A stretch of 64,000 nt of DNA from an uncultured Gammaproteobacteria bacterium (GTDB lineage Bacteria > Patescibacteriota > Microgenomatia > Daviesbacterales > UBA10151): positions 12,297 through 76,296 of the forward strand of contig CAYMUB010000058.1 of NCBI GenBank assembly GCA_964393545.1, read 5' to 3'. This document shows positions 17,619-26,711 of this stretch, piece by piece (the first letter of the stretch is position 1; each line of letters opens with the position of its first letter). The notes beneath the pieces are model-generated. The model worked only from the letters and a program-made list of their open reading frames with translations. It was not told the origin of the DNA and ran no database searches. Made by a program: the position numbers and the translations under genes.

Positions 17619-18911
17619 TTAGGTATATATTTTATCAGATAAAAAGGTAGACAAGTCAACTATCTTCACCCTGTCTTGTTTGGCAGTATCTCTATTTCTC
17701 ACAGTTACCATTTGATCTTCTAATGTTTGAAAGTCAACTGTGATGCAAAATGGTGTTCCAACCTCATCTTGAGATGCATATCTTTTACCAATATTACCTC
17801 TGGCATCCCAGGAAGTTGTAAAACTCTTTTTTAAAGTTTGATATACCTCCCTTGCCTTATCTATTAACTCGGGTTTATTGGCAAGCAAGGGAAAAACAGC
17901 TGCTTTGTATGGTGCTAGTTTTGGATTAAGTTTTAGAAAAATTCTCCCCTCTTCTTCTCTATAAGAATCAAGTAACACCACCAAAACTGATCTATCAACC
18001 CCCCAGGTTGGTTCAATTACATGAGGAGTAAATTCTTCCTGAGTCTCTGGATCCTTATATTTTACATTATGATTTGTTAGATCAAAATCTCCCCTGTATG
18101 CCAATCCGTATAACTCGCTTGTCCCAAATGGAAAATCATACTCAAAATCAATGGTTCTTTTAGAGTAATGAGCCCTCTCTGTATCTCCAATTTCTTTCTC
18201 ATGGACTTTGCTTATATCTATTCCTAAATCTTCTTTAATCCAGGATAAAATCTCTTTTCTCCATATTTCAAATGGACCTTGCCAGTCTGCCTCATTTTGT
18301 GGAGGGGGAATAAAATATTCAATTTCCATTTGTTCAAATTCTCTGGTCCTAAAAATAAAATTTCCCGGAGTTATTTCATTTCTAAAAGCCTTACCAATTT
18401 GAGCAATTCCAAAAGGCAACCTTAATCTTTGAGTATCTAATATATTTTTAAAATCAATGAAACTTGCTTGAGCTGTTTCTGGTCTAAAATAAGCAATATT
18501 GGCTGACTCCTCTGCAGGACCAATAAATGTTTTAAACATTAGATTAAACATTTGCTCTTTTGTAAAAGAATCTTTTTCTCCGCAGTTTGGACAGATATTT
18601 TCTTTTATATGATCTGCCCTAAAACGGGCATGGCATTTTTTACATTCCACTAAAGGATCTTGAAAATTTGCCACATGCCCTGATGCTTCCCAAACTTTAG
18701 GATTCATAATTAATGCAGCATCAAGTCCTACAATATCATCTCTCAAATGCACAAACTTTTTCCACCAAGCTTGTTTAATATTATTTTTAAGTTCCACCCC
18801 TAAAGGACCATAGTCCCAAGAATTGGCCAGCCCTCCATAGATCTCAGAACCAGGAAATATAAATCCCCGGCGTTTGCATAAAGCCACAATTTTTTCCATC
18901 AAGTCATTCAT
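17619..18911 (-). CDS. glyQS: Glycine--tRNA ligase (alpha2 GlyQS type)
   Basis: RGFIFPGSEIYGGLANSWDYGPLG is the class II GlyRS N-terminal signature. The length fits the dimeric GlyRS. Confidence 0.9.
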   Translation of the reverse strand: MNDLMEKIVALCKRRGFIFPGSEIYGGLANSWDYGPLGVELKNNIKQAWWKKFVHLRDDIVGLDAALIMNPKVWEASGHVANFQDPLVECKKCHARFRADHIKENICPNCGEKDSFTKEQMFNLMFKTFIGPAEESANIAYFRPETAQASFIDFKNILDTQRLRLPFGIAQIGKAFRNEITPGNFIFRTREFEQMEIEYFIPPPQNEADWQGPFEIWRKEILSWIKEDLGIDISKVHEKEIGDTERAHYSKRTIDFEYDFPFGTSELYGLAYRGDFDLTNHNVKYKDPETQEEFTPHVIEPTWGVDRSVLVVLLDSYREEEGRIFLKLNPKLAPYKAAVFPLLANKPELIDKAREVYQTLKKSFTTSWDARGNIGKRYASQDEVGTPFCITVDFQTLEDQMVTVRNRDTAKQDRVKIVDLSTFLSDKIYT

Positions 18912-19561
18912 GATAATTTCTTTAAAAACTGTCTGCTTTTTAAAGCTCCTTCAATTACTCTTTCTAAATAATATCTCAATACGCTCTCAAGTTCCATAGC
19001 TTCTTTCTCATTTATTTTTAACTGCTCAATAGAATCCCAAGACATACCTTCCAAATCCCTTAATATATTCTTCACATTTAAGCTTACACTTTCCAGGTGT
19101 GAATCTAAACTTTCTTGGAAATTGGCAAAACCCATCAAAGATAAAATCCTTACCTCAAAAGCTCTGATAAAAATCTGTCTTGGTTTTTGTTCTAATTTTT
19201 TTAATACTTGAGTCAGATTAAAATACAGATTAGAACTTTCTTGGTTTTCTGCAGTTAATTTATCAACTAATTCTAAAATGTGGAAAGACACAGTTGATAA
19301 AGTTAAATCTTCTTTAAGCTTTGAGTAGGTATCTAAACTTACTGCCTCAGTTAAAATAGGCATGCCTTTGGTTTGATGTAAAAAAATAGATACTCTATTA
19401 AGCAGTTCAACATTCCCTGCTCTTCTTGAAGTAATTCTCCTAACTCCTTTTGCCAAAATAGAAATCTTCCCTCTATCTTTTGAAAATACAGTTAATATTC
19501 TATCTGCTTCCCCAAAATTCCTTCTCTTGAGTACTATCCCTTCTGTCTTAAATCCTCTCAT
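18908..19561 (-). CDS. recO: DNA repair protein RecO
   Basis: EGIVLKRRNFGEADRILTVFSKDRGKI matches the RecO N-terminal OB fold. The adjacency to glyQS is conserved. Confidence 0.75.
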   Translation of the reverse strand: MRGFKTEGIVLKRRNFGEADRILTVFSKDRGKISILAKGVRRITSRRAGNVELLNRVSIFLHQTKGMPILTEAVSLDTYSKLKEDLTLSTVSFHILELVDKLTAENQESSNLYFNLTQVLKKLEQKPRQIFIRAFEVRILSLMGFANFQESLDSHLESVSLNVKNILRDLEGMSWDSIEQLKINEKEAMELESVLRYYLERVIEGALKSRQFLKKLS

Positions 19562-19970
19562 GGAAGGGATTTATAACTTTAAGTTCAGATATTTTTTTAA
19601 AATCTCTGATATTATCTGTTGCGATTACATTTATGTCATTACTCAACGTTGTTGCCACTAAGTAGGCATCGAATATTTCATCAGCTGAAAGTTTATACTT
19701 TTTAATCAATTGTAAAGCGATTTGATGTGTACGATAATCTGGAGAAATTATTCTGCAACTTTTTAATATACTTTCCACCACCTCTATGGCTTTATTTATC
19801 TTCATAGGCGAGGGAAATTTTGGATGTGTAAGCACTCTGAGAGTTTCAAAAATGTTTTGATGGGCAACTTCCAAATTCCCGGTATTCTTTTGTAAAAAGT
19901 TTTGGGCCTGTTTATGTTTTGGAGAGGAAATATTGATTGAGTAAATTAAGATATTTGAATCAATCAGCAT
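19548..19970 (-). CDS. vapC: PIN-domain ribonuclease toxin VapC
   Basis: MLIDSNILIY is followed by the acidic residues Glu (FETLRV), DAYLVAT and DNIRDF that make up the PIN quartet. It is preceded by a small RHH gene. Confidence 0.7.
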   Translation of the reverse strand: MLIDSNILIYSINISSPKHKQAQNFLQKNTGNLEVAHQNIFETLRVLTHPKFPSPMKINKAIEVVESILKSCRIISPDYRTHQIALQLIKKYKLSADEIFDAYLVATTLSNDINVIATDNIRDFKKISELKVINPFHERI

Positions 19971-19974
19971 TTTT

Positions 19975-20217
19975 TTAAGGCTTAGGATAGTAATCCGCCC
20001 GCTTAAGGTTATCTAACGGTTCTCCTAAATCATGAGTCTTGAAAACTATTTTCTTGGCTTCTTTTTTAGCCTCGTTTTCTAGATAATATTCCAAAGCGCA
20101 GTTAAAAACCTGCTGCAGGGTAACATCATCTTCCAAAGCTTTATGTTCTGCGCCCTTTTTCAAGTTTTCCTGAATCCGGAGAGTAGTTCTTACTAACATA
20201 TAGATTAATTTTGTCAT
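19975..20217 (-). CDS. vapB: VapB-like RHH antitoxin
   Basis: This 80-aa protein has TTLRIQENLKKGAEHKALEDDVTLQQVFNCALEYYLE, which is RHH-like. It lies 4 nt upstream of vapC. Confidence 0.55.
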   Translation of the reverse strand: MTKLIYMLVRTTLRIQENLKKGAEHKALEDDVTLQQVFNCALEYYLENEAKKEAKKIVFKTHDLGEPLDNLKRADYYPKP

Positions 20218-20245
20218 ATATATGACAAAGTGTCAACAACTAAAT

Positions 20246-20842
20246 TTACGGAAGAAATTTAGGAGGCTGGGATATTTCCTCTATTTTCATAAACTCTATT
20301 ACTCCTCTTTGTACCCACCAATCATCTGCTCTTCCAGAAAATTTAGCTCCTAAACCAAAGTATCTAACATCCCCAGTTGCTATTTTAGTCACTCTTACTA
20401 AACCTGCCCTAATACCAGGATTGCCCAGAAGATCTTGATCTCCCCAATCTCTAGAACCAACCTTCATACGGAGTAAATTACCATAGTCTGCAGCAACAGC
20501 TATTTCATCACCAGGTTTGCGAGGACTTTGCCATTTAGGTAATCCTGTTTCCTCATCAACTGTTAGAGCCTCAACTGCATATCCTTCCAGAGTAGCTGCA
20601 TGTACTTCAGTATGACCAGTTGAGGATTGGCTTACAATAAACCCTATTCCAGCTTTAGGAAGATCAGTCCTCTCATCATCTTTAAATCCATTATTCCATC
20701 CACCAGGAGCTAAAGGAAGCCGCCCTATATGAACAGCGTTAAGCGGTAATTCGGATCCTGGAATAGGAATTATTTGCCCTACCCCTTCGGCTCTTAGAGC
20801 AAGTTTACCGGACATTCTAGTAATTTCACTTTCTAAACTCAT
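20246..20842 (-). CDS. Hypothetical protein with higher GC. A possible double-psi-beta-barrel/3D-type cell-wall-binding fold is speculative.
   Basis: The ORF runs to 20878 with a TTG start, and ATG at 20842 (MSLESEI...) is more likely. By eye GC is about 45-47%, against roughly 33-38% around it. There is no clear homology. The segments AVAADYGNLLRM...GLVRVTKIATGD weakly resemble RlpA/MltA/YuiC-like barrels. Confidence 0.45.
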   Translation of the reverse strand: MSLESEITRMSGKLALRAEGVGQIIPIPGSELPLNAVHIGRLPLAPGGWNNGFKDDERTDLPKAGIGFIVSQSSTGHTEVHAATLEGYAVEALTVDEETGLPKWQSPRKPGDEIAVAADYGNLLRMKVGSRDWGDQDLLGNPGIRAGLVRVTKIATGDVRYFGLGAKFSGRADDWWVQRGVIEFMKIEEISQPPKFLP

Positions 20843-20917
20843 TTTGTGAATTTTAGCAAAATACCACCTAAAAATCAACCCATAGTCGTCCGCGGTATGT
20901 TTTAAAAATAAGATAAT

Positions 20918-22771
20918 TCAGAAATTGAATTTGAATTCTTTGTCAGTTTCTAAGTTAAGATCAGCTTTTTGAGAACCATTGATTTTAATTTTATAGTGAA
21001 AATCTTTTGCTCCAGGTTGTTTTTGAATTAATAATCTATATTCTCCCTTTGGTTGATAAGGTAGTTCATATTCCACTTCCAGTTTCCTGCTGTTTTGAGG
21101 CCTGACTTGTATAAAGGCTTCAAACACTGTTTTATCTAAATCCTCTATAGTGGTAACTGGATCTTCAGATCCTTTGGATGAAATTAACTTACTCCCTTTT
21201 GGCACATAAAATCTGACATAATCTCTATTAATTCCATTTAACCAAGTATTAAAACCCTGTGGATTTTTATACTCTATAGAGATTTTCTTTTTGACAGTTC
21301 CATCTTTTTGAATATCAATTTCTTGTGTAACTGTTTGTTCTACATAAATATTAGACTTCCCTCCGGCAAAATTAGCATCATTGATATGCAAATAGTCCTG
21401 CCTGCCGGCAGGCAGGTCACTATCAAATTGTTTTATTTCTCCAGTCCAATTTAATTTAGATAAAGCTTTTTGACTCTTTTCATCATGCATAAAAAACATT
21501 ATATGCTTATTATTTGCCAGCCTGGCAACAGCCTCAATAAGTTGCGGTAATTTTTCAATATCTGCTCCTACTGATCTGGCTAAAATCTGCTGCATTAATA
21601 CTCCTAAAACTGCTTTCCTATCCTTTTCTCCTTTAGCTGCTATCTCGGCATAAGATTCAAGTTCATAAATTACATTTGGGCAGTTACATCTTTTATCAAT
21701 CTCTGCTGAATATCTGGTTCCATAAACATCAATTGGCCCTGTCACTTCTATTAGTTGCTCAACCACTTGAGTGTCTATAAAAATTATTCCGTCAAAAGGC
21801 AGACCTTCTCCCAACATCTGATACATTCTCTCAAACTCTTTTGCAGAAGTTGGAACATCAGGAGAGATATTTGAATCCCTCATGCTCCAGGCAGATCTTA
21901 CTTTCCCGGTAACTTCTGGAAGATATTTTACTATTGGGGCTGGCGGGGTTAATGGACAAATCTTGGTTAGACAAACATGTAACAGTTTTTCATCCAGTCT
22001 ATAGATATCATCTGATGTTGTTGAATTTACCTGTCCATTATTAATAGTCATGGTGGCATAAGCTGTCATAAATCCGCCAGTAGGTCTGATTTCCTTATCA
22101 TTTTGGAAAAGGAGTAAATAATTTTTAGCAGATGGTATACCCAACGCCTGAGGAGCAATCGAAAGAGCATCTTTACCTTCACCTACTGCAATGGCGGCAC
22201 CAAGAATAAAGTTTTTGGCAACTGCCAAATTCTTTTTTATCTCCTTACCTTTAAATTTTTCTGGATATTTATTGGTATCTATATTTTTAACTAAATCTGC
22301 ACCTTTTTTTAAATTTCCTTCCACTTTACCCAAAAGAGGAATTGATTTATCCAGTATTTTTACTGCCTGAGTTGTTCTATCCGGTCCTTTTTTCTCATGA
22401 CCATCAAATCCAAGCTCTACTTCACTTTGAGCAAGATTTGTCAAAATTGTGTCTATGGCAGTTAATTCTTCTGCTCCTGCTCCAACAACTCCTTTAATAT
22501 CAGAGTAATATCCTCCCACAAAGGGAATTATTCTCATCCAGAATAAGAAATTCAAAGAAAAGTTTGCTAAGTTTAAACCATTTTTTGTCGCACTGGTTTC
22601 ATTTTTTAGTGAATTGAAGTTTTGCAGTTTATAGGCATTTACCAGACTCTTACCATGAGATGAGGCTTGTTTTAAACCTATGTAAGTAAATAAAGCAGGA
22701 ATAATGGTAAAAAATATCAAGATACCCAAAATAACAGAAATTCTAATCAGATTCTTCTTTGGTTTTCTCAT
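20918..22771 (-). CDS. DUF4012-like large extracytoplasmic protein with N-terminal TM anchor
   Basis: The TM anchor is LIRISVILGILIFFTIIPALF. The motif LLLFQNDKEIRPTGGFMTAYAT matches the remembered DUF4012 signature. It sits at the head of the polysaccharide locus. The start is placed at the internal Met to avoid a 55-nt overlap. Confidence 0.55.
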   Translation of the reverse strand: MRKPKKNLIRISVILGILIFFTIIPALFTYIGLKQASSHGKSLVNAYKLQNFNSLKNETSATKNGLNLANFSLNFLFWMRIIPFVGGYYSDIKGVVGAGAEELTAIDTILTNLAQSEVELGFDGHEKKGPDRTTQAVKILDKSIPLLGKVEGNLKKGADLVKNIDTNKYPEKFKGKEIKKNLAVAKNFILGAAIAVGEGKDALSIAPQALGIPSAKNYLLLFQNDKEIRPTGGFMTAYATMTINNGQVNSTTSDDIYRLDEKLLHVCLTKICPLTPPAPIVKYLPEVTGKVRSAWSMRDSNISPDVPTSAKEFERMYQMLGEGLPFDGIIFIDTQVVEQLIEVTGPIDVYGTRYSAEIDKRCNCPNVIYELESYAEIAAKGEKDRKAVLGVLMQQILARSVGADIEKLPQLIEAVARLANNKHIMFFMHDEKSQKALSKLNWTGEIKQFDSDLPAGRQDYLHINDANFAGGKSNIYVEQTVTQEIDIQKDGTVKKKISIEYKNPQGFNTWLNGINRDYVRFYVPKGSKLISSKGSEDPVTTIEDLDKTVFEAFIQVRPQNSRKLEVEYELPYQPKGEYRLLIQKQPGAKDFHYKIKINGSQKADLNLETDKEFKFNF

Positions 22772-23427
22772 ATTGCTCCTTTGCCGGATAAAACCGCCGG
22801 AATGGTTTTTAATATAATCCAAAAATCATATAGTAGTGATCTTTTTTCAACATACTGCGCATCCATTTCTACCCTTTTATCAAAATTTATTTCAGACCTG
22901 CCAGTCACCTGCCAAAGACCGGTTAAACCAGGCTTACCTGACAGGATAATCTTAACAAATTTTTTTGATGCAGGGTATTTGATTTGTTGTTCTTCCAATT
23001 CATAAGGATAGTAAGCCCTGGGTCCCACAATGCTCATCTCTCCAATTAGTATATTTAAAAACTGAGGCAGTTCATCTATAGAAAACCTTCTGATAAATTT
23101 ACCTACCCTGGTTATCCTGGGATCATTAAAAATTTTATAACTGTTTTTCTTATACTCATCTAAAAGCTTAGGGTTATTTTCAAGTAATTGATGGGCATTT
23201 TGCACCATAGAGCGGAATTTATATAATTTAAACTGCTTGCCATTCTTTCCTGCCCTCATGGGAGTATCAGCCAAAAACGGACCCGGGGAATCAAATTTTA
23301 TAGCCAAAGCCACCAGTAACAGGAGTGGGGAAAGAAATACCAAGCCAAAGACAGATCCAACAATATCCACAAATCTTTTGTAAAAACTATATAACATCTT
23401 AAACTTTAGTGTACAACAAAGAGGCAA
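22768..23427 (-). CDS. Initiating polyprenyl-phosphate sugar-1-phosphate transferase (bacterial sugar transferase, PglC/WbaP C-terminal-domain type)
   Basis: FKRFVDIVGSVFGLVFLSPLLLLVALAIKFDSPGPF...KLYKFRSM...DELPQFLNILIGEMSIVGPR is the canonical Bac_transf motif. Confidence 0.8.
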   Translation of the reverse strand: MPLCCTLKFKMLYSFYKRFVDIVGSVFGLVFLSPLLLLVALAIKFDSPGPFLADTPMRAGKNGKQFKLYKFRSMVQNAHQLLENNPKLLDEYKKNSYKIFNDPRITRVGKFIRRFSIDELPQFLNILIGEMSIVGPRAYYPYELEEQQIKYPASKKFVKIILSGKPGLTGLWQVTGRSEINFDKRVEMDAQYVEKRSLLYDFWIILKTIPAVLSGKGAI

Positions 23428-24418
23428 CTATTTGCACAAAATTTTTTTTGAAGATTTCTTTGCTAAATTTACTGGCATTTTCTTTACAGTTATCACTCTT
23501 AATATTTAAAGAATGTAATTTATTCATTGCCTCTTTTAAAGATTCTTTGCTTTGATCATTAAAAAAAATTCCGGTCTTACTTTCTATCACTGTTTCTAAA
23601 ACCCCGCCTTTTTTAAATGCTATCACCCTCTTACCCAAAGCCTGAGCTTCAAGCGATGCTAATCCAAAATCCTCTTCTCCGGGAATTATTAAAGCCTTAC
23701 ATCCTGCCAAGATTTTGATCACCATCTGATCACTTAAAGTACCATCAATAACCTTTAATTCTGCTCCTAAGTCTTTGCATGATTCTATAGCCAAATCAAA
23801 TCTTTTATACTTATTGGGTCTGCCAATTACTACAAAATAACCTCCATCAAATGTTTCAATATCTTTAAATCTGTCTAAATCAATAAAAGGGTAAACAACT
23901 TTTGCCTCCCTTTGGTACGTCCTGTTAATTCTTCTTCTGGAATTTTCTGATCCGGCAATAAAATAATCAACCCTGGAGGATGAAATTTGATCATATAATC
24001 TAAGCTTAGACATTAAACTTTCAAGAACTCCAAAATTTCCCATACCGGAAAAGTGCCAAAGGAATCTAGGTGGTGTATGACAGTAACAGATGTGTTTAGT
24101 TTGAGGCTTTGTAATTATAGATTTGGCAAAACGGGTGGTATGAGAAATAACCAAATCAAAATCATCAAAATTAAACTGCTCAAATGCTAAAGGGTAAAGC
24201 GGCAACAAGGCTTTATAGAGTTTTTTCCAAACCGGAATTTTTTGTAAAAAAGATGTGATAATTTTTTTACCTGAAAAGTTCTTTGCCAGGATGTTATTTT
24301 GTGAATCAAAAACTGAGGTAAAAATTGGCGCTTCTGGATAGATTTCACAAAGCCCTAACAGTACTCTTTCCGCCCCTCCCCATTGCACTAAATCATCATG
24401 AACTAAAGCTACGCGCAT
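23399..24418 (-). CDS. Glycosyltransferase family 4 (GT-B)
   Basis: The N-terminus is MRVALVHDDLVQWGGAERV. The C-terminal EX7E-like region reads ALIIPGEEDFGLASLEAQALG. Confidence 0.8.
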   Translation of the reverse strand: MRVALVHDDLVQWGGAERVLLGLCEIYPEAPIFTSVFDSQNNILAKNFSGKKIITSFLQKIPVWKKLYKALLPLYPLAFEQFNFDDFDLVISHTTRFAKSIITKPQTKHICYCHTPPRFLWHFSGMGNFGVLESLMSKLRLYDQISSSRVDYFIAGSENSRRRINRTYQREAKVVYPFIDLDRFKDIETFDGGYFVVIGRPNKYKRFDLAIESCKDLGAELKVIDGTLSDQMVIKILAGCKALIIPGEEDFGLASLEAQALGKRVIAFKKGGVLETVIESKTGIFFNDQSKESLKEAMNKLHSLNIKSDNCKENASKFSKEIFKKNFVQIVASLLYTKV

Positions 24419-25527
24419 TGTAAGTAGATCTCCAAAGTTTTTTTTGCTAAAACTTCCCAGCTAAAATTAAGTACTCTTTTTTTCCCTTTTAAAATTAAAT
24501 CTTGTCTTAACCTTTCCGATTTTAAAACCTGATTTATCTTGTTTTCGATATCTTGTTGATCTTTAGCATTAAAGTAAATTGCTGCATCTTCACCCACTTC
24601 GGGTAAACTACCGGCATCAGAAGAAACAACCGGAACCCCGCAGGCCATAGCTTCCAATAGTGGTATGCCAAATCCCTCTTCCAATGAAGGTAGAATAAAC
24701 GCTTCGGCATTTTTATATAGTGTTCCTAATTCTTTATCAGAAACAAATCCTGTAAAAATAAGGTCTTTATGTTGAAATTCTTTTTTAATCCTTTGCCAAA
24801 AATAGTGGTCTTGTCCGGATAAAACTAAGGTTAAATATTGATATTGCTTTCTTAAATTTATAAATGCCTTAATCAATCCTTCTACATTTTTATGAAGATG
24901 AGCATTTCCTACATAAAAAATATAGGGGGGTTTGATATTAAATTTTTTCATTACTGAATTTATTTGATTTGAGTTAATTTTGTTTATTAGGGTGTGTATT
25001 TTATCATCAACCGCTTCATAAGTTACCACAATTTTTTCATCTTTAACATTCCATTCTTCTTTAAGTAGATTTTTTACATATTCTGAAGGAACTAAAATTT
25101 TTTGGGATTTTGAAACCGCATTTTTAAAAACAGTTTTATATCCAATTTGCTTTGCTTTATAGATTAACGGGGCAAGTGTGGTTGCCCGTCTCATTTGAAA
25201 ATGTTGGTGGATTAGATCATGTATAGTAACCACAAACTTCCCGGTATAGAAAATTGGTACATTGAAATGAGGGAAATGAACTAAGTCCAATTTAAACCTA
25301 TTCAAAAGACTTGGTAACTTAAACTGTTCTGCAAAACCATACCAGGTAAAATTTGCACTTACTCCAGTAAAGTTTTTGGTATTCTCAAATTTTTCAAAAT
25401 CTTTTTCCAGTAAAAAAATAAAATACTGATTCTTTTTATCCAAATTCTTAAGCTGATGGATTAAATTTCTTAGATATCTTCCTACACCTGATTCGTCATA
25501 AAACCTGGCATCAATTCCTATTTTCAT
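24409..25527 (-). CDS. Glycosyltransferase family 4 (GT-B)
   Basis: GIDARFYDESGVGRY...FILPSLEEGFGIPLLEAMACGVPVV. Confidence 0.8.
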   Translation of the reverse strand: MKIGIDARFYDESGVGRYLRNLIHQLKNLDKKNQYFIFLLEKDFEKFENTKNFTGVSANFTWYGFAEQFKLPSLLNRFKLDLVHFPHFNVPIFYTGKFVVTIHDLIHQHFQMRRATTLAPLIYKAKQIGYKTVFKNAVSKSQKILVPSEYVKNLLKEEWNVKDEKIVVTYEAVDDKIHTLINKINSNQINSVMKKFNIKPPYIFYVGNAHLHKNVEGLIKAFINLRKQYQYLTLVLSGQDHYFWQRIKKEFQHKDLIFTGFVSDKELGTLYKNAEAFILPSLEEGFGIPLLEAMACGVPVVSSDAGSLPEVGEDAAIYFNAKDQQDIENKINQVLKSERLRQDLILKGKKRVLNFSWEVLAKKTLEIYLQCA

Positions 25528-26711
25528 TTTCTACCCAATTCTTCATAAATCTTACTTAAATTCTTTGCAATGGGATCCCAATCATATTTTTCTAAAACCT
25601 TTTCTTTAGCATTGTTTGCAATTTCCTGGTATAACTTTTGGTTATTCAAAAGGTTTACCGCTGCTTTTGCGATTTCTTGGGGAGTATCTCTAATGATAAC
25701 TTCTTTTCCATCCTTAACATTAGTTCCTCTTATTCCAATGGAGGTTGTTACAACAGGTAAGCTGGATGCAAAAGCTTCAAAGTTTTTATAACGGGTTCCC
25801 CCACCGCCATAAATTGGCGCCACTAAAACAGAGGCTTGTTGATAAACTTCTCTTACATCAGAAACTTCATCAACCCGGATATTGTCTGATTCAAGATTCA
25901 AGAAAAAATCCTTAGCATCCTTACCAATTATCCATAATTTAGCATCAGGAATACTTTTTAAAATATCAGGCCAGACTTTAGAAATTAATACTTCTACTGC
26001 TTCTCTATTTTGCAACCAGGTAAAATTTCCCAAATAAAGAATTACTGGGGATTTTGATTTCTCTTTAATTTTTTTTCCAAAATAATTGCTATCTACACCA
26101 TTCGGTACAATATCAACATGAAGTGATGGCAGTTGGAATAACATTGATTTTTTATCTTCCTCAGACATAGCAACAACCCTACTCGCTCTTTTCCAATATT
26201 TAAGCTCCCAATGTTTCATTTTTGCTACATCAATATATAAAAGTTGTTTTATTCCGGGCAATTTATAGCTGTCTGCAAAATGGCGGTAAACTAGATATTC
26301 AATGGTTTGCTCAACCAGCAGTATTGGGATTTTAGTTTTTGGGATATGTGGCATAACATAAAAAGTTTCAGCATGAATTAAATCAAAATCTTCTTCTTTT
26401 AATTTTTTTTCAATACCTAAGCGTTCACCTTTTGCCCAATTTCTGATTACTAAAAATGGATAAAAACTTAAACCGGTTTTGAGAATATTTTTTAAAGTCC
26501 AAGGCTTCTCTGGCCGGTTAAACACCTGCACTTCTTTGCAAAACTTTTCCAGTTCTGAAACATATTTTCTTTCACTGTTATTTTTCACTAAACAAAAAAG
26601 TGTAATCTGATGTCCTAGAGATGAAAGTCTTTTTATTAAATTGTATGACCTGGTCTGCCCTCCTGTTAAAAGCGGGTAAGGCAGGTATGGTGTCAGCATT
26701 AAAATCTTCAT
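25524..26711 (-). CDS. Glycosyltransferase family 4 (GT-B)
   Basis: MKILMLTPYLPYPLLTGGQTRSYNL is followed by a C-terminal GT1 domain. Confidence 0.8.
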   Translation of the reverse strand: MKILMLTPYLPYPLLTGGQTRSYNLIKRLSSLGHQITLFCLVKNNSERKYVSELEKFCKEVQVFNRPEKPWTLKNILKTGLSFYPFLVIRNWAKGERLGIEKKLKEEDFDLIHAETFYVMPHIPKTKIPILLVEQTIEYLVYRHFADSYKLPGIKQLLYIDVAKMKHWELKYWKRASRVVAMSEEDKKSMLFQLPSLHVDIVPNGVDSNYFGKKIKEKSKSPVILYLGNFTWLQNREAVEVLISKVWPDILKSIPDAKLWIIGKDAKDFFLNLESDNIRVDEVSDVREVYQQASVLVAPIYGGGGTRYKNFEAFASSLPVVTTSIGIRGTNVKDGKEVIIRDTPQEIAKAAVNLLNNQKLYQEIANNAKEKVLEKYDWDPIAKNLSKIYEELGRK

